DNA of 64,000 nucleotides from Antedon mediterranea (taxonomy: Eukaryota; Animalia; Echinodermata). The position numbers were made by a program, and so were the translations under genes. Shown here piece by piece: positions 1-14,000 of the stretch. The notes under the pieces were generated by a model. It saw only the letters and a program-made list of their open reading frames with translations. It made no database searches and was not told the origin of the DNA. Each line of letters starts with the position of its first letter. The stretch's first letter is position 1. The stretch is taken from the NCBI RefSeq assembly GCF_964355755.1, contig NC_092678.1, positions 19,733,365 to 19,797,364 on the forward strand. Reading direction: 5' to 3'.

Positions 1-554
1 TAACGAAGTTACACCTAATTAATTCCCCTATTTACCCACTGGAACTTTAGGCGTTCCATACTTGGCGGCCAAAACGAACGGCGGCCGATGTGCACTGTTT
101 TTGTTTTATTTTATTTAGCTATTTATATTCATGTGGCAGGATTAGGCTTTCATAGATAACATTCTACAGTTTTTAATTAAATATAAAGAGAGAAAATGTT
201 TGGTACAGTAACATTCAATTTTGATTCTTCATATTATGACTACTTTTGCCTATTTACTACATTTTTTGTCATCCTTTTAATTACGACGTTTTATTTTGTA
301 TTTTTTAACGTATTTATTGTATACTAAAGTGATTTGTCCAGGATGTATAACATCAATGTGACCTAATAGATGGATACAGCTACATAGCTCACTATGTCGG
401 TCGGTTGGCTGGTCGGTCAGTCGGTTGATCGGTAAACACTAACTCAATTTGAGCACGCGACCGCAGCCATGTATATGGCCTTGTTATCCATGATCTTAGG
501 TAGAGGAACGCACGAACACGGGACGACGAAAACGATAGCTTGTTTAGTTCTTAC

Positions 555-3405
555 CGATTGTGGAGTCTTCAATAGCACGATGAGGTACACCTAAAGGTGA
601 AACGGTTCCAAATCTCATAGTTTCCATGATCACAGCCTCCGTATATGGCAACTTCCCACGATCGCTTAGTCTTGGCGGCCTGTCTCCAATGACGTCATTA
701 AGTTCTTTTTTTATCTTCTCCTGTACATCCGGGTGGTCCATCATGCATGCCACAGCCCAAAGTAACGATGCTGTCGATGTGTCTGTACCAGCTATAAGAA
801 ATGTGATTAAAATAAAATAATTAATTTTAAGTGTAATATTACGTAATTTGATTTTTGAACCTGATATTTAATATTTTTTTACAATTTCTAAATATAACTA
901 TGCACGCCAAAACAAGATCATTATGCAGTTAATAAATGTGTATTATGATGTGGCGGGGCGTTTATTGAAGAAAAAACAAACGGTTATGGGCGTTTATTCA
1001 AATCGGGGAGTTTAACATATTTATTTATATAAAAAAATAAAGGAACATACCAAAGAAGAGATCTGATACAATCTGTTTGATATGCACGTCGGTTAATTTA
1101 CTGGCAGCGCTATCTGTTACTGTCTCTAGTTCATCTTTCTGAGTTTTTAATAGAAGCTCAATCACGTCATTTGCAGGTTCATCTAAAATTAAGCATTAAC
1201 ATAATTGTATTAGAAGTATTGGTAGATGTGAACAGAAATTGGGTTTCCTTAAAGATCTAATCTTAAAGGCAAAAAGATAGACGCTATCTATCGCATGGTA
1301 AAATGACTATTTATAAATAAAATAAAAAACCAAACTAGACTAATGGTCGTCCAATTGTCAGAACTAATACAAGCTAATATCGTTGTGGTTTGTAAGGCCT
1401 TGTCTACACTATCAAACTTTATGTGACAAAACAATTTTGATGGACATGATGATGTCATACCACTACCGTATTTGAAAATATCACTACTATATTTGGGCAC
1501 ATCACACATTTTTGATAGTGTAGACAGAGCTTATTATGTGGTTTAGATAATATCAATACCTGGGGAGTATGTTCTCAAATGCTGATTCACTTCTGTCAAA
1601 ATTATAGCAAAGTATTCCAATGATAATTTTCGAAATAGGCCTATATTCGCTGCTGTACTTGGTAAAAATCGAGCGGCTGGAATCAAGTCTACTATAGAAC
1701 AGTTACCAATAGCGTTATTGATTTCGTCTATTACCTTCATTAACTGATGAAGCTGGGGATCCTTAAAGTTGTATCTAAAATATAAAAAAAAAACACAAAT
1801 AGAAAAAAAATATTAATTTGTAACATACATTCAGGTTAAAAGATGCCTTTGAACACCCGACTAATGAAGTATTCTGGTCATAATGCTCATATAAAATATG
1901 TAATAAGATTGATATAATTTGAAGATGTGTGGACACAGATATTAAATTAACCTACTCATGTCCAAAGCACATAGACGCGATAATATTGTAGACTGCCAAT
2001 TTGATCAGTTCTTTTGGATCAAATGGTGTTCCGGCTTTTTCTAAAAGAACGTCTCTGACCTTCGGTATTACTTTTTCTACCAAAGTCTCCAAACCTCCCG
2101 TACAATATTTTCTGTAAGCAAAAAAAAATACAGAACTTTAGTAACACAGAAAACGTGAACAATGAACCAAAACTGGGCTATATCTAAATAATCAACAACT
2201 AAATTTAATTTTCTTATCTTAAAAAAGATGGGCCTAAATAGGTAAAAATACTACGTACTAACCTGATAGCTAAATGTGCTAACTTTCGGTGGAATTTCCA
2301 TGTTGGTGTAGGTTGAGCAAAAGCTATGTCTTTTCCGTGATCAGAAGCCAAGTCAACTATAATGAAGATACATTTGGTCAGATGTTTGGTGACCTAAACT
2401 GACGCAATATTGTACTATAGGCCTATACAATTAGCAAGTCTTCGCATTGTATTTAAGGTACACATTTCGTCAGTTACTAGGGAAAACATCTGGCAATTAC
2501 TGAACAAAGCTCAACTCAACATTAGCTAATGATCTTCCTGAACATACATGATATTAAGTTATTTAAATTCAGTGTAGGCCTATCTTTATAACAATGTGCA
2601 AGTTCCACACTTTCAGCCTTCGGGCTGCTTGTTGTCCATGTTTTATATACAGAATAAATATAAAATCAATAAATGATTTTAACACATCTAAAACATCACG
2701 AGAATGGATTCGCTTTAGCCTATAACACTTTGACTGCCAAACACGGAGATCTTCGTGTTTGGAAACACAGCGCTTAACTGCCAAACACGGAGATCTCCTT
2801 GAGTAAAAGGTCCTTTTTATAATTAGGCCTACGATAGATATCCATAAAACATAACTAATTACAGGCTATTTGAAACAAATCGGCGTAAGACTGGACGATT
2901 GGAAACAACTTACAAGTATATGAAGGATGTCGTCCACTAAATTCATTAAATTTGGTCAGTAAAGCTTCTTGCGTTAGTTCGTGGTTGTTGATAACGACTC
3001 CCCAATAACTTCCAAATTTTACTGAAAAAACTGGTCCGTACTTGAAGGTCATGTCCTTAAAGGTATTCCATAGATTTTTCTTTTCTAACAATACTGTATA
3101 AAACAAAATATTTCTGTAAGATTATACAGTGCATCAACATGACCACATAATATACAATTTTTAAACGGAAAAATAAAAAAAAAGTATATTCCTTAATAAT
3201 AACCAACAAGCTCAAAATCGTTGTCACATAAAGTTTGATAGTGTAGTCTTTATATTTAAGGCTTACTTGGAATATTCCCTATGATAGGATAAGGTGTTGG
3301 ACCAGGTGGCATTCCATATGGACGTCGAATGTTGAAATACATCCACGTAAGCAACAGAACGACAAGCACTACGGCTAGAGACAACATACTTGTACACTCC
3401 AACAT
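555..3405 (-). CDS. Cytochrome P450, CYP2 clan, CYP17A-like; array copy 1 (exons 1-7; exons 8-9 presumably left of the window)
   Basis: Exons 3267-3405, 2914-3093, 2263-2356, 1956-2111, 1560-1774, 1051-1182, 555-791, all GT-AG and in frame. Shows a TM anchor, [22 protein letters not shown] (WxxxR), I-helix AGTDT and K-helix ETMR. Confidence 0.9.
1395..1531. mobile_element. Small MITE family (tgtctacactatcaaa ends); other copies at about 3221-3248, 30456-30546, 52458-52520, 61545-61668
   Basis: TIR-like agctctgtctacactatcaaa / tttgatagtgtagacagagct; shared core ggacatgatgatgtca. Confidence 0.7.
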
Positions 3406-4102
3406 CTTACAAGAGAAGAAAATAAATTATACACCCTCTACATTCTGTTTTTGAATGCATTAAGGTCGCACAGAAACTTAGGAAAGTCATACACAATTGA
3501 ATTCTTTAGTTTTTGTTCATAAAGTCTTTCCAAGCAGACGAAAAATGTCACTACAAAAAAATGTAACACTGTAAATTTGATTAGTTAATGGTTACCTTGT
3601 AACATCAAAGTAGACCTATAGTCACTGTAGGCCTACCAGTTAAACCTTCAGCACCTGAGCTCGTTCCCAGTTTTAACTGCTGCATGTCGTTAACTTTAAA
3701 CTATATGGCAATGTTCTAAAGAATAATCTTATACAAACACAATAATGTCGTTGCCATGTAGTTGACTGACCTAGTTTATGATAACACAATCATGTAGGTT
3801 AATGGTTAGTCTATGGTGTGCGATACTGGGCGATAAATGTCAAAAACACATTGTTGTTTTCGAAATTAAATACGGTTACCAATAATCGGATGTCATTTTT
3901 ACAAGTATACACTGTACGCATACATCTGCATTGGCAGGATGATTTATCAATTATTATTTAAACATGGTGATTCAGTACGATTTGCTTTCATAGTTGCCAT
4001 TTCTGACATTATTATGCCTTTAGGTATTATTATAATAATATAATCCTACTTTTATTTAAAAAGCAATTTGTATTTAGATATCCAGTATTTGACAATAGTA
4101 CG

Positions 4103-4360
4103 GGCAATGGAAGGAGTAGGCCTACTGATAGGAGTCACAAAGAAAGATAAAGTGTTAAATACAAATCTCAGATTTAAATCAGGAGTTCAGGACATAATAA
4201 TCAGCATAAAATCAAAGAAATGGAGGTGGGCAGGACATCTGGCCAGGATATATGACAACAAATGGACAGACAGACTAACAAATTGGACTCCAAGAACCTA
4301 CAACAGAGGCAGAGGAAGGCAAAAGATGAGATGGAGGGATGAACTAACAACACATGACAT
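4103..4360 (+). mobile_element. RTE-clade LINE 3' fragment
   Basis: KWRWAGHLAR...W...W.PR...R.RGRQKMRWRDEL is the typical RTE ORF C-terminus. Confidence 0.75.
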
Positions 4361-4439
4361 TGCATCGCAAATAGTAGCTAGTGAATGGTCAATTGGTAGA
4401 GTAACAGGAAATAGAGCTTCAATAATCGACAATATTCCT

Positions 4440-6930
4440 ACGAATTCACAGCAATATCATCAGATAGAATCAGGCATAATTTACAGGGATATTTCAGAAC
4501 ACTATCCTATCTTTTGCATAAATAAATCGGTTAGAATTCCAACAAAACATGAACACAAATATAAGTTACAGCGTAGCAACTCCCGTCGCAATAAAGAACT
4601 GTTCAGAGCTAAACTAGAACGGCAAGACTGGGAGAATGTAATTAGCAGCTGTTATGCAAATGAGTCGTTCGTTAACTTTCGTAACACACTAAATAGACTG
4701 ATAGATAAATGCTTTCATTCAAAAAATATACATGTGAGATCAAATATAAATAAATCTCTGTGGATCACTAAAGGTTTTGCAATATCAATTCATAAGAAAG
4801 AAAAACTACCTATACAGTTTTGTATAGAAAAAAATCCGACACACTAACTACAGAAATACATTAACTAAACTAATACGAAATACGAATTATCTGAATGAAT
4901 AATTTGAGAAAAATAAAAATAGGCCTAACTCTTAAAAACAATGGCGAACTATTAACAATTTATTAGGTAAAAATTACAATTCGGGAAAACCATAAAAAAT
5001 GTTCTTAAATACAAACTGTTACAGCAATGAACAAGATCAAGCAGAAGCAATGAATTCATATTTTATTAAAGATGTATTATCCCCCAAGAACATGAAAATG
5101 AAGATCAGACTTTGAATATGTTATTTGTAGTTTTTAATATTTTTTTTTACTTACAAAATGGCAAAATAAATGGTTAATTTCAACCAAAAATCCATTGGCA
5201 ATTTGACAATTTTTTGCTTTAAATTACATTTTTTTCAGGTAAATACATTTTTTTTCGATCCCATTTTTGGTCAAAGTGGATAACTATTATGTTACATTAA
5301 AATGGAATTTCAACAAAAATTTTGTTCAGAATTATTTTTTCAGGGGGACAATACATAATATAATATTGGCAAAAATATAGCAACTGATATAAAAAATAAA
5401 AGAGGTAACATTAACATTAATGTCTGACAATTACGCCAATTCTATGTTTATTAGGCCGGTAAATGAACATGAAATTAATAAATATATTGGTAATCTAGAT
5501 GTAAGTAAGTCACCTGATAATGATGGAATTGGTTCTCGTTATATTAAACCATTTTCGCAATGTCTAACAATGCCGATTAAACATATTGTTAATATATCAT
5601 TGACAACTGGTTGCTTTCCAGATGACCAGAACTGTGCATATTTTAAGGGTGGCGATGAAAATGACATAAAAAATTATAGTCCTGTTTCAGACAAACTTAA
5701 CATCATTAATAAATCACAGTTTAGTTTTCGCAAAAACCTCTCTACGAGCAAATGCACTTTCACAAACAATAGAAAAAATTACTTAGGCAATAGATGAAAA
5801 AATGATAAGTATCGGCGTCGTCCTAAACCTTTTTAAGGCATTTGATACGATAGATGATGAGATTCTCTTACAAAAACTCAAAGGGAGCATTTTTCTTGAA
5901 TGGTTTAAGAGCTACTTATATATGAGAAAACAATATGTTCACATGGGAAACTGTAAATCAGAATTAAAACTGATTGAATATGAAATACCACAGAGCTCAA
6001 TTCTTGGTCCGTTACTATTTATAATCTATACAAATGACATTGTTGAAAGTAGTAAATATTTAGAATTTGTCATTTTTGCTGACGATAATAACATATTTTT
6101 TAAGCACAAAGATATAAACCTTTTAATTAACATTTTAATACAGAATTAAGTAAGTAAATAAGTAGTAAATTAAGTGATTGGTTTACTGCAAACAAATTGC
6201 GTTTGAATACAAAGAAGACCAAGTTTATCGAATTTAGAAGCATGTATAAGAAAAAATATACCAATAACTATACTGTATTTATTAACGATGTTGAAATTGA
6301 AAGAGTTAGTCAAATTAAGTTCTTATGTGTCATTCTTGATGAGTTTGTAACATTCCATGATCATATAGATACCGTTACGAAAATTGCAACGGTCATTGGT
6401 GTATTGAACAAACTTAAATATATTGTTCAAACAGAAGTTCTGTTAATAATGTACAATTCGTTAATTTTACCTTACATAATATATGCAATAACTATTTGGG
6501 AGTTGCGGGGGCAACGAAGCTACAGAGAATACTTATACTTAAAGAACGAGCGATCAGAATTATATGTAAAGTGCATTATCAGCAAATTCATTTTATAACC
6601 AAAACCTATTGAATATTTTTGACTTGTATGAGAAGTACACTGCTGTATTTATGTTTCAATTCCGTATGGATTTTATTTATCAGTTTCATTTAACTCTTTT
6701 TTTTACAAAAATGGAATCTGTACATGAGTATGGTCCGCGGAAGAAGGATGATTTCCGTATTGCTCTAAAAACAACAAATATAGGACAGAGAAGTATTGCC
6801 TATAGAGGGGCAAATATTTGGAACCGTTTACCTGAAAACATAAAGTGTGAAACTAAAATCGGAAAATTTATAAAGGAAATACAACAACTATTAATAAATA
6901 AATACTCACTCATGTAGAGATCACTTTTGT
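4440..6930 (+). mobile_element. Decayed L2/CR1-group (Crack-like) LINE ORF2: end of endonuclease plus reverse transcriptase
   Basis: Frameshifted pieces: ISEHYPIF (SDH motif), WITKG, KSP.NDGI, QFSFRKNLST, KAFDTID, PQSSILGPLLFIIYTND, FADD, LNTKKTK, YRGANIWNRLP. Confidence 0.85.
5069..5356. mobile_element. Non-autonomous TIR element inserted in the LINE; related inverted partial copy at about 30930-31212
   Basis: TIR atgtattatccccc / gggggacaatacat, preceded by TTAA. 30930-31212 matches its reverse complement (caaaataacatattcaaagtctgat, tagttatccactttgaccaa). Confidence 0.65.
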
Positions 6931-7085
6931 TACTGTTACGTTTTATTTCTATTTGCACTTTTATTGTTTTATTTGCTAATTAGATACGGTCTCATTGCAT
7001 ACCCGTTTTGTATCAAATACGTTTTCCGTTCATTATGATTTAGATTAAACTTACAGAAATATTCTTGTAAAAGAAATACTGTATA

Positions 7086-7513
7086 TATCGTTTTGATTTA
7101 GCTTTTCGCTTTTTTTTTTATCCAGCCATTGGTACCCACAGCATTGTCATTTTTGTCAGTAATTTGCCATTGAATTTACTGAAAAAAATGACAATGCTGT
7201 GGGTATCAGTGGCTGGATCTCAATGGAGATACAAAAATAAAAAGCGAAAAGCTAAATCAAAACGATAAAGTAAACAGCCAGAAAAGTTAGCAGACCTTTC
7301 GGGCAACACTAGCCCTTCATCAGTGTGCAAGTGAAGGAATTTGGATAACGTCATAGTATAAAGCTGGCAAGTGCTGCCTGGGTGGACAGGAATAAAAGAA
7401 ATATAACAAAGGGAGCCAGAGTGGAGTCTGAATAAAAGTAGAAAACAAAGAGGGTAGCTTGGTAGAGATATAAACAATTTTGGAATGAGACTAAAAAACA
7501 GCTTAAATGGTGG

Positions 7514-7515
<2 letters not shown>
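7086..7515 (-). mobile_element. Penelope-like element terminal (pLTR) remnant with inverted duplication
   Basis: Imperfect inverted repeat 7086-7267 next to a CTGATGA...GAAA hammerhead-like core and a (TA)n tract, an arrangement typical of PLE ends. Confidence 0.55.
7290..7328 (-). ncRNA. Degenerate minimal type I hammerhead ribozyme motif
   Basis: Minus strand gcaca-CTGATGA-a-GGGC-tagtgtt-GCCC-GAAA-ggTC-tgc: core boxes and a 4-bp stem II are present, stems I and III are imperfect. Confidence 0.5.
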
Positions 7516-7561
<46 letters not shown>

Positions 7562-7688
7562 CATACTGTAAATTATAGAAACAGTGCTCATATTCGGAAC
7601 ATGATCTCATGTTCCGAATATGAGCACTGTTTCTATAATTTACAGTATGATTTATATATAATTTACACAGTGCTACGCAACATCATTG

Positions 7689-7740
<52 letters not shown>
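7516..7740. repeat. (TA)n microsatellites flanking a perfect hairpin
   Basis: (TA)n at about 7516-7557 and 7692-7740; 54-bp perfect inverted arms at 7551-7604 and 7607-7660. Confidence 0.9.
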
Positions 7741-7744
<4 letters not shown>

Positions 7745-8075
7745 GTTCGGTTGGAGCGAGTTTGACCCTCGAACCATGGCCGATGTTATGGCTACGTAAT
7801 TACGGTTCTGTAGATGTATAATATACACGCCCCTTGGTGATAGCTGAAAATACTAGTCTCTCCTTAGTGCTCTTTTTTTTATGTATCACTAAAATGAATA
7901 AATAACATAAATCTATACAGTCCAAAAACTATAATCTGCGAATTTGTAAACTGGGATTTTCAAACAATTTATGTTGATAGATTCCCATTTTTTCATAAGC
8001 TAGTTACAACTAATAAAATACAGTATTTATGGATTGGTACATGAATGGCAAAAATAATTTAAAATAACTATGTGT

Positions 8076-11000
8076 TTAATTAGCCATCTTCCATGGACCA
8101 CATGTAGGCATATCGCCAGGCGGTTTAGGAATTTCGTCCATCTCACCGACTTGGAAAATCATAGCTTGTCCAGTCTAAAATAGAAAAAGAAAAATATGAG
8201 GTAAAATATTAAAAGACCAAACTTCTTGTATAATACCAAAGAACTTATAACTTATAAATTGAAGAATCTCCTGTTCTTCTATTTGCATTCAACACACAGT
8301 ATCGGAAGTACAGGGTTAAAAAGTCAAACTGGGCGACGCCATTTCACAGCATGGAGCAGCGCCCCCTCCAAACTAGGACATCAATTACTCTACTCCCTAG
8401 AGTATTAGCAGATCCCCTCTATGATTTTAACTTTCTAATTTGATGCGGGCGCCCTACTCCTCAGTCAATTACTCTACCCCCCTAGAGTATTAACAGATCC
8501 CCTCTATGATTTCGACTTTCTAATTTGATGCGGGCACCCTACTCCATGGCTCACAATGGTGCCACCCATTAGCTCTATTCTATCCCACAATGCCTTTCGA
8601 AATTGTTACGCGCTTCGGACGAACAGGAGATTCTTGTGTTATAAGTTCTTAATACAATTTGTTTTTTTTTAAAATAAGAAACAATAGAATATGAAATTAA
8701 TAACAGAAAAACTTGTCACTAAATTCTGACTTCAAATAAGAATCAAGCTTCACTCTGCTTACACTTATAATACAGTGCAATTAAAACACAGTCATAACGC
8801 CAGGCAAAGTCTTTTTAAACTTGAAGATTAGGCTACTGCTATAGAATACGAAATGAATCACACACAAGCCATACTTACTATCAACAGGGCACTGAGCTCG
8901 CCTTGTCAAGATAGGAACTCGTAACAGTCCTTTTATCTATTAATATGCGTAGAACTGATTGTGTCGGAGCCACAAATAAACCCTTTGATCTCCGAAGCTC
9001 AGCATCCTGTTGTTAGATTGCCTTGCTTGGAGATACGCAAAATAATACTTACTTCTAAATGACTGTTTGGTAAAGCATTAAAAAACCAATAACCAGGATT
9101 ATCCGCCTTCCATCGCCAAATTACGTAGCCATATGCAGGTACATTTACAGTGTCTTTAATTACAGCTTGGTCGGGTGAAATTCTTGTAAGTAATCCTAAA
9201 ATTGTAATAAGTAATAATAATTTCGATTTTATACCAAAGCATTAGCGTAATAATACAAATCTGCGCTTTTAATCAGACATTCTATCAGACCATCTATCAG
9301 ACATTCTATCAGACATTCTATCATACATTCTATGAGACATGCGTTGCGCGCATTTTGTTAAATTGTTTCTACTGTTGCTGGAAGGCATCTAAAAGATTCG
9401 TCTTGGAAAGTTTCTAGCGAAACCGTCTTGAAAAGTGAAGAGAACAACGGAATTAATTAGTGTGTATATAACGTTCTATACTTGCTTTATTTTACCTTGT
9501 TCGTCTAATTCTTTGAGTTTATCTTTTGTAAACAAACTTCCAATACTACCCATGCCTACCACTCGAGCGGAATCTCCGTGCATGTGTACTGAGTAATCAG
9601 CCTCATTTTGATTTGCAATAACGAGTTCAACGACCTAAATAGAATAAATACATAGATTGTGATTTTTTAACAGGATTTAAATTTCTTTTAGCAGTTTATA
9701 CGAGTTCTCCTCTCTGGATAACCCTCGGTCGTGAGCTGTTTGATGTTGAACACAGCTAGCTGCAATGCATGTTTCATAAGATCGTGCTGATTCTGGGGTT
9801 TATGAGGCCGATTATCGGCATTCTGTTGTGGTAATTGTTTTTTGTTCATCTGAAGTAGCGAAAACTATCGTCGTACCCAGGGCCTGTTTCTGCTACGGCA
9901 GAAATGGTGCTCGCAAAAATATACCGTATAAAATATACCGTATTTTGCCCACCAAATGTGTGGATAAAACAAGGTATTTATAAATTTATACCATATTTTG
10001 TGTACCATTTTCTGCTGCAAATAAAAATACCTTATGTTTTGAATTTCTGTAAGCTTTTTTTTTTTAAATATATCGTATTTATATACCGTATTCTTATACC
10101 ATTTTTTAGGATATGCTGCAGAAATAGATTCAATACCCCTTTCCACCAAAAGTATGACAACCCAACCTGTGAAATATACTGATTGGCATGGCGTATTTAA
10201 TGAATTTACCTTTTCAAGAGGTATCTTTAAAATACTAGTACATCTGCACAACACGGTGGCACCGTCACAACTCTGATACAATTCATCATCTGTCGTGGGT
10301 TCGCAGGTTTCAACGGTTTGTCGATTAAACAAAATCGGAGTCTCCGGATACAAGAAGGCGACATTGTCGACTTCAAAGTTGCTTATCAATCCACTATCCG
10401 ATAAACGTCCATCAGGAGCGTATATTCCTTCTGAGTAATAGTTTAATGCTATATAATACTTTACGTCTACGGTGTACACATCTTTATCGAAGTCTCTTTC
10501 TAAACAAAATTACGTCATAAGATGAAGTAAAGTTGGAATTATTGACTTTTCGTTTTCACACCACGTGGCTCGTCACTAACAAGTAAAAATATCATTCTGC
10601 ACATGCCCATATACGTGCACAGAAAGGTCGATATTGTGTCAGTAAGAAGTACTAGGCTTTATTTTATTTGCCTTTTCATTGCCTTATTGTTTTAAACATT
10701 GTTGATGTATTTTAAAGCGCAGTTTATTAATTTCAATTTTTAATTTTATATACATTAGACCAATAATATATGAATTGAATTGAATATATAGTGCATAATA
10801 AATTTACTGGGCCTATAATAATGTTTAATTACATGGTGATGATGAGAGTGAGGGATATTCATAAAAAAAATGAATGGTCTTACCGAGAGGCAATGCATCA
10901 AGTACTGAAAATTGAGGTGTGTTTGTAAGAGTCTCTGGAGTTTTTATTACAGGATAACAAGAAGGCTCTACATTGGATCCAGTAGTGTACTTCAAAATGG

Positions 11001-14000
11001 CAACTCCATCATCAACGCATTCAGTCTCTTCTGTTCCAGCATAGTATATACAATACGATGCAGGTTCAGCAGTAGCCTTCAACAAGAAATCGTATCTAAA
11101 GTAAATTAGAAAGAACAATTATAAAAACAGCATGCGCATCTAAGGTTAAGATTTTGTAATAATAAGAAATAGGTTTAAAATGATTTCTTCCTGCCATCCT
11201 CATTTATTTGAAAATAAACGCAACTAGAGTTTATAGATTACAACTTATACCTTTCGCCCGGAGCTATAAGAATGGAATCAACTTCTTCAGGTACTACCTC
11301 AGATCCGTCTACTGCGATTACCGTTAGAGGATGTGATTGGATTGATACTACGAGGTTACAAAGAGCAAAGGCAGCACTGATCATCCGGAAACGATACGTC
11401 ATTCCTTCTTCGACTTCAAATGATGACAGAGGTGTATAAAAAACGTCACCATGATCATTGTAGAAGGCTTCTTCTTGTGCTCTTCCGTTTATAAGTATTG
11501 AAAACTTCTGGGCTTCAGAATCTACGTATTTTGTCGGACTGTCAGTCATCAAATATGTACTGAGAGTTGGTCTTTCTTTCCAGTCAGCTATCATCATCAC
11601 ATGCTCCGGAAGATCAAAGTCATATAAATGACTATTGTATTCGTATTGCATCGCCTGTTTTACAATCAGCGCTCCATACATACCATCATTTCTCGTGTAA
11701 CCAGAATGTCCATGGTACCAGTGAGTGCCGGCTGGACTTGCTGTGAATTCGTAAACAAACGAAGATGAAGATGCAACTGGAAATTGCGTAATCATGAATA
11801 CACCGTCCATCCAATTAGTCCCTTCTTGGTGCATTCCATACCAATGTACCGTCAATGCTCCTCTATCTTGTAGATTGTTAAGTAACTTTACTTGAACCGT
11901 ATCTCCTTCACACACCTTAAAAATATAGGTAAAGGTTAGTTAATTAAAAATCTATATCTACCCCAGTTTTTGGAAATAATTATATTCATATAGGCCTAAA
12001 CCCCTGGTATAAATTGAAAAAAAACAGTTATGGTACAACCAAAGAACTTATAACACAAGAACCTCCTGTTCTTCAATTTGCATTCAAAACACAGTATCGG
12101 AAGTACAGGGTTAAAAGGTCAAACTGGGCGATGCCATTTCACAGCATGGAGCAGCGCCCCCTCCAAACTAGGAAGTCAATTACTCTACCCCCCCCCCCCC
12201 CCCTATAGTATTAGCAGATCCCCACTATGATTTTGACTTTCTAATTGTGCGGGTGCCCTACTCCTCAGTCAATTACTCTATCCCCCCTAGAGTATTAGCA
12301 GATCCCCTCTATGATTTTGACTTTCTAATTTGATGCGGGCGCCCTACTCCATGGCTCACAATGGCGCCACCCATTAGCTCTATTCTATCCCACAATGCCT
12401 TTCGAAATTGTTACGCGCTTCGGACGAACAGGAGATTCTTGTGTTGTAAGTTCTTTGGTACAACCTGCCAAATTCACCATATTTTATTGTAAAATGTAAT
12501 TTTTAATTCATTTTCTTTATTTCGGAAAGTACATCATTATACAGATTATAAAAAAACAAAAACAAAAAGAGAAACAATTTCACCAGAAAATTTAAATAAG
12601 CATTGATTGGTTAATTATAAGATATGCCGATGTCGTAACTTACCTCAATGGTTGGTCCAGGTATAGTGTAATTAGTAGTGACAGAAGGTCTTGAGACACC
12701 GTCAAGTGGCAGACATCTATCTAAAGAACAGTCATCACTGCGAGTAGGGCAATCAAAGCAGTAACCAGACATAGAGTAAAACCAGCGGACATCAAATACA
12801 TATTCACAAACTTGTGGCCTGGCTGGATATTCACACGCACGAGCACATTCGTGAGTATCAGTAGCCACAAGTCCTTTCTTTTCTTGACATCCCAAACTTT
12901 GGATTAAACCTATAAAGTTATTGGAACATCATTTTAATATAAAAGAAAGAGTTGCATATTAATGTACATGGTTTAGTAATTGCTTTAAGTAGAACATTTT
13001 GTTGACATTATATAAAACGTAAAAGTAATAAATAATTTGTAATTATTATTTTATTTTCAATAAGTGACATTTAGATTGTTGTAATAAATTACAATTCCTA
13101 AACACAGTAACATCTAAGTACATTCTAAAATAAGATGTTTTGATTTAAGAAACCATGTATAATTAATAAGAACAATCAGGAACATTAATAGAAACTGTAA
13201 TCCAATAGAATAAGAAGTATAAGGAATGATCTAGAAGGTTACGAACATATTGTATATAAGGGAAAGTATGACAATTGTAAGGAGGGAGAAGGATTTTTGA
13301 TTGAAGCATTTATTTTGAAGAAGGTTGGATATTAGAGGTTGGATATTCGATTGTTATAATTTATTGTGAAGCTGTTGTTTAAAGTGCTTACTGGATTGTT
13401 GAAAGTTGAAATTGATTGAAATTAAAGCTTTCTTTTTGAGTTATTTTAGAAGGATTTTTTGTGTATACTTTTATGTCACAAGGGAGTTGCTAAAGTATTT
13501 TCAACCGCTCGGAAACATACGTAAAGGGAGTTCGTGACAATCGTATTATAATCGTTGGTGCAAACTTTACGCACATGATGTTCTAAAGCATTAGTGTATT
13601 AATCAAATTAATATAAAAACATATATGAAAACACGCATGAAACACGTATGAACACACGTATGAAAACACTTATGGGCACACGTATGAACACACGTACGAA
13701 CACACGTATGAAAACACTTATGGGCACACGTATGAACACACGTATGAATACTCGTATAAACACACGTATGAAAACACGTATGAATACTCGTATAAACACA
13801 CGTACGAACACACGTATGAACACACGTACGAACACACGTATGAATACACGTATGAAAACACGTATGAATACTCGTATAAACACACGTACGAACACACGTA
13901 TGAACACACGTACGAACACACGTATGAATACACGTACGAACAGACGTATGAATACTCGTATAAACACACGTACGAACACACGTATGAACACACGTACGAA

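Noticed and set aside
626-820. Recurrent plus-strand ORFs (MITASVYG...) at 626, 22388, 29662, 46333, 51537 and 59804
   Set aside because: Antisense shadows of P450 exon 7; their conservation is explained by the sense strand.
4068-4847. 259-aa ORF as a host gene
   Set aside because: Chance read-through joining an RTE 3' fragment to a different LINE's endonuclease end.
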